From Lytechinus pictus (taxonomy: Eukaryota), in the NCBI RefSeq assembly GCF_037042905.1, contig NC_087245.1, positions 11,224,001 to 11,288,000 of the forward strand: a stretch of DNA of 64,000 bases, written 5' to 3'. Below, in pieces: positions 53,606 to 64,000 of the stretch. The notes below the pieces were generated by a model, which was given only the letters and a program-made list of their open reading frames with translations, did not search any database and was not told where the DNA came from. Made by a program: the position numbers and the translations under genes. The number at the start of each line of letters is the position of its first letter. Positions within the stretch are counted from its first letter, which is position 1.

Positions 53606-53893
53606 TAATAATAATAATAATACCAACATGCTTATATAGCGCATATCACTGCCAAATGCGTCCCTATGCGCTTAATTTGATATTATTACCCTGGCTTTAG
53701 CCTCGCAGCCTTTTACAGCGCGTTGGCATTTCAAGGAATAAATTCCTGCCAGGTACCCATTAACTCACCAGGGTCGAGTGCAGCACAATGTGGATACATT
53801 TCTTGCCGAAGGAAATTACGCCATGGCTGGGATTCGAACCCACGACCCTCTGTTTCAAAGTCCGAAGACTAATCCACTGGGCCACAACGCTCC
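53606..53893 (-). mobile_element. tRNA-derived SINE
   Basis: Minus strand ggagcgttgTGGCCCAGTGGattag (A box) ... GGTTCGAATCCc (B box), then a non-tRNA body and a (TTA)n tail. Confidence 0.85.
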
Positions 53894-53969
53894 ACACAAA
53901 AGTGTAAAGGTGTAAAAGATGACTTCCGCCAAAACGGCGGAAATGTGCACAATAAAGCAGCCTTCTTAA

Positions 53970-54571
53970 AAGGATGGCCAGGGCTGGAAATTTTATATCT
54001 CAATAAATAGAGTAAAATTCACAGAGCAAAATGCTGAAAAGTTTATTAAAATCGGATTACAAATAACACAGTTATTGAAGTTTAAAGATTTGCATTATTC
54101 CGGTGAAACAGTTCTAGGATTGTCTTCATGAATATTCATTAGGAGGGCTGATGATGTCACATCCCCACTTGTTCTTTTTTATTTTATTATATGAAATTAG
54201 GTTTACTAAAAAATGTTCGACCAAGAACTAAAACAATTGGATTGACAACTGATTAAGTGCATTAGTTATTTATTGCCGCAACTTATTTCATTATAATGGA
54301 GACACATCATTTACACATGTATGAAAAAATGCAACAATTATGATTCCATGTAATAACATAAGAAAAAGGAAAGTGGGGATATGACATCATCACCCAACCT
54401 AATGAATATTCCTGACGATATGCATATAACCGTTAAAAAAAATTGTGATAAATTATAAATTTTATTAACTTCATTATTTTTATCCGATTTTTATTTTTAA
54501 AAATAGCATTTTGCTCTGTGAATTTTACTATTTTTATTTAGATATTAATATTTTCAGCCCGGACCATCCCT
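53970..54571. mobile_element. Kolobok-like non-autonomous element, full length
   Basis: TTAA on both flanks; TIR aaggatggccagggctg / cagcccggaccatccct. Confidence 0.8.
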
Positions 54572-57456
54572 TTAACTGAGGTCCGTGCATTCATGTTGGA
54601 ATAATACGTCAATTTATTAGCATGAATAGATATACTCTTTATCTAATTGGATATTAGTGGTAGTATACTTTCAGGACATTGCTGAGTATACATAAAATGA
54701 ATAGAGAAAATTAAATTTAGAGATTTGAGTACTGAGTATGATACTTACAATTGAGCATGAAAAAAAACAGAGAAGAATGATAAAATATTCATTTTTCAGG
54801 CAGATGATGCTTATTTATTTGTAAGATATTATTTATAAGATAAATTATTGATTGATTCATTCATTAACTCTTCTTCTTTATTGAATGACTTACATTTTTG
54901 TGTTCTTTGGGTAAGATGTGCCAAGTCCTGGCTTCAAAATTAAGTTTACCACAAATTTATTGTCCTCAAAATACAACCAATCACCAAACATCAAAAATAA
55001 GCCATACTGTGTTTTCCTTTAGTCAGAAATTTACCAATGTTGTGTGGCCCTCAACGAAGGTGAGTTGAATGGGTACCCAGCATGACTATGAGCGCTGAAA
55101 GGTAGCTCGAGCTAAAGCTATTGAAGTAATGATAGTACACCCGGTAAAACTTTAGCCCACCTTTGTAAATTCGGGCCATTATTTCTAAACAGATTTTAAG
55201 ATAATTAAGCAATTTCAATATGCCAATCCTAAGTGACATTTATTGTCGAATGTGTAGTGGGGTAACGGGAAAACGCAAACTTACAATTTCACACTTCTTT
55301 TCATGCAATCCATGAAGCGAAGTCGTTTACGTGAAAGAAAATGAAAAGCGCGGATGACTTGACATGTAAAAACAATCGAAATAAACGGAATTATTGAGCG
55401 TATGTCAAAATTTAATTTCCTCTTCATCCAACTGGCAATTAATTAAAAGGAAGTGTGATGTAGTAAATTTGAAGTACTTACTATTCAAATCACAATCCCA
55501 TCAAGGGTTTACGATTTACACCGAACTCTGACTTGTCATTAAAGAAATATGAAACTGATGTTTACCTGGTTTCCCCGGCGTGGATTAGTGCTCAGCAATA
55601 AATGCCAGTCATGCCAGAGATAATTATATTTGTTCTTTGACTTCCCCGTTTAGATTACTGAAGGTCTAAAAAATAGCACATTGTCTAATCCTGTCACTCT
55701 AACAACAAGTTGTTTAAACTTTTTTGTAATTGTTTAAACTTTTTAAACAACTTATTAAAAAAAATAAAAATAGTTCTTAGAGTGATGGGCTTAAACAACG
55801 TGCTTAATATTTTAAACAGCGTTTTCACAGTGCAAGTACATCTCACTTTTTTTATTTTTAAATTTACCAATCTTGATCATCGATGCTATGTGAGATATAC
55901 AGCAGTTGGACAAGCATCTTGTGAATAACATCAATGTTCTCAACTGTTGTTGATAGTAATAGTTTGTGTGAACCGAGAAAAAAGGATGAAGGTGGTAATT
56001 TATGGCTTTTTGAAAAATCAGAATTTGAAACTTTTTGACAAGGACTGTATCTGTAATTTTTATGTTTTCTGCTAAGTACAATTTTTTTGGGTGATAAAGA
56101 TAATAAGCACGATTTTAGATATAATTCTGAGTAAAACTAAACAAAAATGATATGACAAAGGACGCTGGTACTGCGGTGGGATATGGGTTGGCGATTTCAT
56201 TACTTACTTTTTATCAGGTTCGAATGAGATAGATGTAGCATCAGTTCATGAACCGCCTATACAAGCTACGATCAAAGCTGTAGGATAACTCTAGCGGAAA
56301 TAATGTGCATTATGATTATTTTCCTTTAAAATACCCCCTGTAAAACGTCTCCGCTTTCAATTCCATCGTTTATAAAAGTAAGCGAACTACGATACGTAGC
56401 TTCGACGATCAAGTTTGTTTTAACTAATCTTATCGAATTCAGGGAGCCTCGAGTCCACATTCTTTCATGATACGATTTATCCAACATCCTTTTCTTTATA
56501 CACATTCTAATAAAACTGGAGCTGAAAGCTATATCCCAGAGTAATCTATTTAGGTATATGTTGTTACCGATGGCATATTCTTGAGTTCAATGTCTCTGTG
56601 TTCCTGGGAGTGTGTTCCTTGTGTCATATTGCTCCTGCATAGGAGGGGACCATCTTTTGGAGACCTACCTGCATATACATTAACTGGTGGAATAAGCGAA
56701 GATTCTGCCGAACTTCCATAACATAATTTTGAAAAACATGTTTTTTTTTTATGGTAGGCCTATCACTCTGAACTATAAATGTACTAATCGGCCAAAGGGT
56801 CAGCAAGTAGTGCAGGGGATAAAATGTGCATTTTGTACGGAGTTCCAACATGCCCATGATAATTGTTTGCATAAAAATCTATACAGATTTTATGTAACTG
56901 TATGTTATTAGAAATTGTGTTAGTTTAATACCACAACATAAAACTTTTTTCCATCCCATATAGCAGTGTGAGAACTCATTCGTGTCTGTCAACCCCCTCG
57001 ATTTTCCTTTCATCCGTTTCTCCAAGGGGTACTCCAGGCTGAAAGAAATTATGAATACACTCAAATTCATCGAGCATAACCAAGTTATCAAATTTCAAAA
57101 TTTAGCAATATTTTTTAAAAAAACAGTTAAATGCACGCCGTCAAGAATATTCATTAAGTTGGCTGATGATGTCATGTCCCCACTTTCATATTTCTTATGT
57201 TATTAAATGAAATCATAATCATTTCCTATTTTCCCCACTGCATGGGAAGAACAAAGTGCCACACAGAGTGATCACATTGTGTTCAAAGAGTGAACTTTGT
57301 AAAAAAAAAATTATATCATTCACACTGCTACAATGCTCAAATTCAACAGTGTGAAGATATTTCCACACTGTGGACAGATATTTCCACTTTGTGGACAACT
57401 CGACAGTGTGACTGTTCTCGGTGTGTTCACATGGTCCACATGGTCAACTATATGTA

Positions 57457-58274
57457 CAGTGCGTCCCACAAAAAACGAAACCGAGATTTCTCGATGATTT
57501 ATCATAACTTAATCGCAAATACAATAGACAAATGACCTACCATTTTGAAGCTTAGAATCTCCTCTTTTATCTGAAATTACTTAGATTATTTCTCATTCAC
57601 GCATGAGTGAGCAAAAACAATTTGAAAAAGGGATACCAAAAAGTCACTTGGCGGGCCGTATCTGGGTTTTAAAAAGAAAACCCCATTTTTAAAATGTTCA
57701 ATATCTGCTCTTTAATTTGATACCTCAATTACAGAAAATGGTCAAGAAATAACAAAGCTCTGGTTATTTGAAATAAGGCTTGAATTTCAATAATTTCATA
57801 AAATGAAGAGGTTTTGCAGGCTAGCGTTCAAACTCACTGACACTCCGTTTTGTTGACGATCAGCCATGCATTAAGTCTTTTGTTACCGTGCGATAGCTTC
57901 TGTGGGAAACCGGTGAAAACGCGTTTATTTAATGAAATTATGGAAATACAAGCATTGTTTCGAGGGATCATAACTTTTTTACTACTTGACCATTTTCTGT
58001 GATTTAGGTATCAAAGATAAGAGAAGATATTGAACTTTTTAGTCATGTAATTTTTTTTTTGAAATTCAGATACCCCCCGCCAAATGAGTTTTTGGCATCC
58101 TTTCGTCGAATTGTTTTTGCTCAATCATGCGTGAATGAGGAATAATCTAAGTAATACCAGATGAAAGAGGAGATTCTAAGCTTTACATTGGTAGGTCATT
58201 TGTCTATTTCATTTATGATTAAGTTATGATAAATCATCGCTAAATCTCAGTTTCGTTTTTTCTGGGACGCACTG
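57457..58274. mobile_element. Tc1/mariner-type MITE with ~300-bp TIRs
   Basis: TA|cagtgcgtcccacaaaaaacgaaac ... gtttcgttttttctgggacgcactg|TA; inverted similarity extends to acagaaaatggtcaa / ttgaccattttctgt. Confidence 0.88.
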
Positions 58275-58395
58275 TATATGTGATTCACACTGTTGAAATG
58301 CTCAAATTTAACAGTGTGAATGTTATTTCACATTGTGTTCCACACTGTGAACACACTGTGTTCTTTTAGTAGGGTTCATGAGTTTATGATCTGCC

Positions 58396-58788
58396 GGTAA
58401 ATTGCCAAATCGTCTACTGCCAACTCGTCCATTTACCACATGGTCTACTTTCATTTAGCCTAAGAGAATGCCATTCCGTCCATCAACATTTCGTCTAACA
58501 CCATTTGGTCCAATAATCACTTCATTTAATCACCAATTCGTCTATGACCTTCGTCTAATAACCAGTTGGTCTAATAGCCATATTATTTTCATTAATTACG
58601 CACAAGTTAACAATTACTTCAGTTTAATAGACCAAATGGTAAATGGACTAAATTGCTATTGGACCAACTGGTTATTAGACGGATTGGCATTAGACTAAAT
58701 GAAAGTAGACCATGTGGTGAGTGGTCGAGCTGATTGTAGACCAATTGCTAGTAGACGAGTTGGCAATTAGACGAATTGGAAATAAACC
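58396..58788. mobile_element. MITE of the 688-1058 family
   Basis: ggtaaattgccaa / ttggaaataaacc termini; flanking tgatctgcc / tgatctgtc. Confidence 0.75.
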
Positions 58789-59448
58789 TGATCTGTCTCC
58801 ATTGAAACATAATAAGATGCAGCAATGAATATCTCATGCATCAAATTAGTTTCAATCGTTTTTTTTTTCATTCTTGGTGGAAAAATTTAAGAAATATAAT
58901 TTCACATATTAAAAAAATAAGTGGGCATATGGCATCATTAACTTGTTCATTGCATATTCATGAGGATATGTATAATACTGTTTGTCATAACTTTGTTATT
59001 TCTTGTCCGATTTTGATAAAAGTTCCAGTGTTTTACTGGTCTGATTTAACGTTATTTGTTCAAATCACATTATTTCAGGCTGGAATACCCCTATAAGGTT
59101 CTTTGACAATTGTATCTATTTGCAATGTCAGAGCTTACAAACAAATTACTTCAATTTGCGATGTGTATAGCATGTAGTGAAGTTGGAGCCGAGGTGTTGT
59201 TGTTTGTCACGTTGCCCAATCCCTCTTCTGATTTGTGCCTCTAGGTTTCAGTTTTCCTCCTTGAAATTCACTCTTAGATGTTTAAACTGGTTCATTTCAT
59301 TCGTTTATAAAACCATGGATCCCGGCATGGATCTTTATGATTAGATTCATGATAGTACGGAATATGTTGATCATCGTGGTAGTCATGGTAGTAGAGAATC
59401 GTTATAGAAGTTGATATGTTGTCTCACGCCATAACAGTTTGCCGCATC

Positions 59449-60976
59449 CAGCGGCGTAACAGGGGTCGGTGGCCAGGGGGGGCAAGAGCCAAAAATTTCC
59501 CGGTCATATCATGGAACAGGCAATGGCGTCATAAAGGCAAAGATTTTGAGGGGGTGATATGGCGTATCGGGCAAATATATATATATATATAAGCGAGCGA
59601 GAGAGCAAAATTTTTTGACAGTTTTATTGCAAAAATCCAATTTTGTGCTAGATTTTGACATAATGTTAAAAAGATGAAATCATATTTCACCCTCTCTTTC
59701 CTTTTTTCTCTCTTTTTTTGTACGCCACGGTGAACAGGATTTTGTTATGATTGTGAGCATCAGGGCGAAGCTCTATATGCTCGAGGGGCCGAGTTTGGCG
59801 CTTGTGGCAAGAAGTAGCTTAATATAGGTCCCGAGCGAGCGAAGCGAGCGAGATAAGAAAAAAATCACCTTTTCATGAGAATCTAACATGAAGATAGATT
59901 TAACGTGTTATTCAGAAAAATATAATACACTTTCCTTTCTTTCCTCATTTTTTTTTGTTTGGTTGTAGAACATGGTCCAAACTCATCCATATAACAGTGC
60001 TTTATGGGTGGGGTCCAGGGCAGAGCCCCGGAACCTCTTGATATCAAAGCCATTTTAAACCTTACAGATGGCCACTTATTTTAATCAAATTGCGTGTATA
60101 TTCATATAGCTTTCACACAACACATAAATTCAATGCAGTTGTGTATCGTAATCATCCAAATATTGTGAGGGGCACACCATAGCAAATGTGGGAAAATTTG
60201 TTTCAAAAAGTCGCCAGCGAGCGAAGCGAGCCAGAAAAAAAATGGCCTGTTAAAATGAAATTCTAATTATGTGATAGATTTTTACAACATAATAGCAAAT
60301 ATCATGTCATATATTTTTTCATTCATCTCATTTCGCTGCCTCCTTTATTTTCTTTTATTTCCCCTTGGCTGTGGAACCACCCCCGGTACGCCAGTGCTTC
60401 CATGTAAAGCTTAATGCAGGAAGGGTCCATATAGGGGCCCGTTATAGAACCCATTAAAAGTTACAGATGAAGAGCCCCCACTGCACGGGGTCTTTATACT
60501 GTTGGACAGAGCCTTTGGAGATTTAGCAAGTTTATGATAGATAGACTTTCATACGACATTATGCTATATACCATCCATTTTTCTTCCCGCTCGTTATCTC
60601 AATCCTCGGCAGCCCGGTAGTGTACGTTATCTTGTCCCTATTCTTTATTTTCTAATTTAGATTTTGGCTAATTCCATTCTGCCTTCATTTCCCGCTTTTT
60701 TTTGCCTTTTTGTCATCTTTAATTTATTTCCCTGTATTACTAATCATGCTAATGTATTTGTATATCGGGGAGAATTGTTCTTTCTCACTTGTTCTTCTTT
60801 CCTTCCTTTTCCCGTTTTCTTTTCCCTTTTCCTTTCCCTTTCCCCTTTTTTCTTTCCTTTCCCTTTCCCTTTCTTCCCACTGTTTTTCTTTTTCCCGTTT
60901 TTTTTATTTTCCCGTTGAGCTCCGCCAGGGGGGCAGCTTGCCCCCCTGCCCCCCCCCCCCGCCTGTTACGCCACTG
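59449..60976. mobile_element. Non-autonomous hAT-like element (1.5 kb)
   Basis: TIR cagcggcgtaacagg / cctgttacgccactg; perfect 8-bp TSD gccgcatc; internal gcgagcgaagcgagc motifs. Confidence 0.88.
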
Positions 60977-61488
60977 GCCGCATCGTGAGACAACAAATCA
61001 ACTTCTATCATGTCTATATAGATTAATGATATTCGAACTCTAGCACACTGAGAAGTAGTTAGGATGTCTAATAAAGCTCGTTTAAACGTGTATGATGGGA
61101 TGGGGGGGGGGAGAATTTGTGGAGTTGATGGTAGCTGGTCTTTCAGAAGAAAATCTGATGGTACATCTCATTGCCGTAAACTATTTCCCCAGCATCAGTG
61201 GTTTATTTAATAAAAGAAAATGGTGTTCACTTATCGAGACAAGTACATTTAAACTCGAAATAATAAAAATCAAGTTTGGCAATGAGATATGATATATAAT
61301 TAATGTCCACCAGCATGCACATTTTTTATTCATTCAACTTTCTCTTGAAAATGCAGGAGTGTGATGTCACGTAATTGAAGCTTTACAAATGTATAACTCT
61401 AAGTATCATTTTCTAGCCAAATATTGTTTCTCTCAGTTTCTGATTTTTTTTAACTTACCTAAATTCGGCATGGTCTTCTCCTCTATTA

Positions 61489-61729
61489 CACTGCAAAAAC
61501 TCTGGTGTTGATTTTACACCAGCCCGGAATCTGTATGTGTCCACACCAGAGAAGTATTGAAACAACACCAGTTTGGAATCAAACCGATACTGTTTTAATA
61601 CTAATTGGTGCTGTATAAACACCTATCTGGTGTTAGACCAAAACGAACTGGTGTTGTTTAACACTTCTCTGGTGTGGACATATATAGATTCCGGGCTGGT
61701 GTTAAATCAACACCAGAGTTTTTGCAGTG
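61489..61729. mobile_element. 241-bp fold-back MITE with CACTG termini (EnSpm/CACTA-like)
   Basis: TA|cactgcaaaaactctggtgttga ... tcaacaccagagtttttgcagtg|TA; arms pair over ~80-100 bp. Confidence 0.85.
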
Positions 61730-61815
61730 TATAATAGGTGTAATTAGTTCGTACTTGGCCAATACAACGAATGGAGTTTCTTATTTAATATACAAGGGCG
61801 AAACTTCGTACGTGC

Positions 61816-62877
61816 CAGGGATGGCGATCCTGGGAGCCGGGGGCACAGTGCCCCTGCCCCACACTTTTTGAAGCACTGAAAAGGTGCCCTTTTACACAAG
61901 AAAAATGTCCCCTCAATTACGTGCACTGTGCCCCTTTCACCTTAGGAGGATCCATTTTAGGTGTTACCAAGTGCCTTTTCTCGTACAAGTGCCTATCTTT
62001 TAAAAGCAAAAATGCCCCCTCTCGAACGTGTACTGTGCCCCTTTCACCTGAAAAGTACCCGTTTTATGTGTGAGCAAGTGCCCTCTCTCGAATCAGTGCC
62101 CCTTTTTACCCAAGAAAGATGCCCCTCACGAACGTGTTCTGTGCCCCTTTCACCTCGAGAAGGACCCGTTTTATGTGTGAGCAAGTGTCCCCTTGCCTTC
62201 TTGTAAGTGCCCTTTCTCGAATCAGTGCCCCTTTTACCCAAAGAAAGGTGCCTCTCACGAACGTGTTCTGTGCTCCTTGAGAAGGACCCGTTTTATGTGT
62301 TAGCAAATGCCCCCTTGCCTTCTTGTAAGTGCCCTATCTCGTAGCAGTCCCCCCCCCCCCTTAACCAAGAAAAGTGACCCACACGAACATGTTCTGTGCC
62401 CCTTTCACCTGAGAAGGACCCCCTTTGAAACAAGAAAACAATATTCTCATTTTTATATGTTACAACAAAACTTGTTAGGATAATCCTACGTGCATTAAGC
62501 TTCACAAGTCATGTGACTGAGGTAGATAAGCAGAGTCGTGCTGATGGGGGCTCTAATTGGCCCCTCCCCATACTTTTCACGACCAAGAGAAAAAAAAAGA
62601 GAAAAGGAAAAAGAGAAGGGTAAAATATGATATAATTTTCTGAATATCAGTTGTCAAACTCTATCACAAATTTGAATTTTTGTTTACAAAATGTCAAATT
62701 TTTGCTCGCTCGCTTCGCTCACTCGCAGCTTCTTATAAATTTATGTGATACGACATATCTAGCCCCTCAAAAATTTTGCCCCATTACGCCGCTGCAGATT
62801 AGTAATTTTGTCTTTTTTAAGATCGTGCCCTTTTCCCTGTGCCCCTCCCCCCCTTTCGATTTCGGTCTCCGCCCCTG
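61816..62877. mobile_element. Non-autonomous hAT-like element with an internal gtgcccct tandem array
   Basis: caggg... / ...gcccctg termini; perfect 8-bp TSD gtacgtgc; ~120-bp repeat units at 61900-62420. Confidence 0.82.
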
Positions 62878-63049
62878 GTACGTGCATGCATGCACATTAT
62901 TGCATTTTGAAAAGGGGCGCCTCTTGAAATATACTTGATTATGATTTGATCTGTTTGCATAACGTATAAACATGATGAATACTATTGATACAGCCTTTTG
63001 GAAAAAAATACAGATTAGAAAAAAATATATATATAAAAAAATATATAAA

Positions 63050-63086
<37 letters not shown>

Positions 63087-64000
63087 CCGACAGATCGTGA
63101 GTCATGGAAATATCATGAAGCCGAAGAACTTCTTAGATCTACTCCTTTTTTCTGCAGTTTCATCTGCATCCATTACAAAATTAATCGCGTAATTTCTTTT
63201 TGCATTACATGATGATAAAGTAATTACCGTTAATGGTTAATTTTCATGCCATATGAGAAACTAATCATCGTAATTTTGAAAACAATTTCATCTACAGCTG
63301 AACCAAAATCAACGTGATATGATGAAACAATTGTGTGCAGAATAAACGGTACAGTACTTAATATTTTGTTACGGATCATTTACAAACTGTTTCAGCAATT
63401 TCTATTCGCAATACCACATAGATGCCAAAGAGTTGAAGTCTCAATCTTTTACCTCAAAACTCTAACTCTTAATCCAGAGTTTGACTGATCACATGCACTC
63501 ATACTCTCAACGCCCAGTATTTGATAATTCGCTACTAAAGTCATTGCCGCCCAAACTTTGTGACATGAGCCCCCGCAACCGCCCCCGCTCCTCCAAAATG
63601 ACTTCTATATCTTTACGAATTATACCTATGAATCCAAATCTTATGACGTAAAAATCACTTACGCTGCTACCTTATTCTCTAGTTGTGAATGTACCACCAA
63701 GAATACATTGGAATACGGATAGACAATCAATATATGAAGTGAATATTTGAAGTCACCATCTCTCTTTACAGCATCGTCTTTCATGGAGATCTAATTTGTC
63801 GAATAAACATTTCCGATACTTCTTTCTCCCACCATGACCGTGATGCATGCTTTCAACCCTTTCGTAACTCGATAGACGATTGATATATTATTGATTCATT
63901 TACATGAGAAATAGGTTTTATAACTAAAGTTGGAGTCTACATTGTAAGATTTATTTTTGTAGATTGTGTGTGGACGTGAGAGGGTAAGGGTGTGTGTGTG

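Larger units (their letters stand above)
57023..59092. mobile_element. Kolobok-like element expanded by nested insertions
   Basis: aaggggtactccaggctgaaa / tttcaggctggaatacccct termini; body resumes at ~58370 and ~58790. Confidence 0.7.

Noticed and set aside
53820..53893. tRNA gene
   Set aside because: A and B boxes are present, but the sequence continues into a SINE body and (TTA)n tail without a proper acceptor stem or terminator.
55030..55110. HSHAGYPF resembling a sterol-desaturase His box (minus strand)
   Set aside because: In-frame stop immediately upstream and no other His boxes; probably chance.

Overview
AT-rich, intron- and repeat-rich animal genomic DNA, not prokaryotic; the repeat families suggest a marine invertebrate, probably a sea urchin (inference). 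Two tandem minus-strand paralogues encoding four-transmembrane MS4A/CD20-like proteins can be rebuilt by hand from GT-AG splice sites. Each has six coding exons with identical intron phases: gene A (15641..5852, ~315 aa) and gene B (32687..26666, ~280 aa). Just upstream of gene A, probably in its 5'-UTR intron, is a 2.46-kb PIF/Harbinger element with an uninterrupted 418-aa DDE transposase ORF. An apparent internal deletion has removed most of its partner ORF. The rest of the window is a dense, often nested set of non-autonomous DNA transposons (hAT-like with 8-bp TSDs, Harbinger-, Kolobok-, Tc1-, CACTA- and Sola-like MITEs, a Helentron/HINE-like satellite carrier), CR1/L2 LINE fragments, a tRNA-derived SINE and microsatellites. 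Most short ORFs in the track are spurious. I found no clearly new biological system. The best leads are the MS4A pair, the deleted Harbinger beside it, and a conserved 19-bp GC motif arrayed inside non-autonomous transposons.
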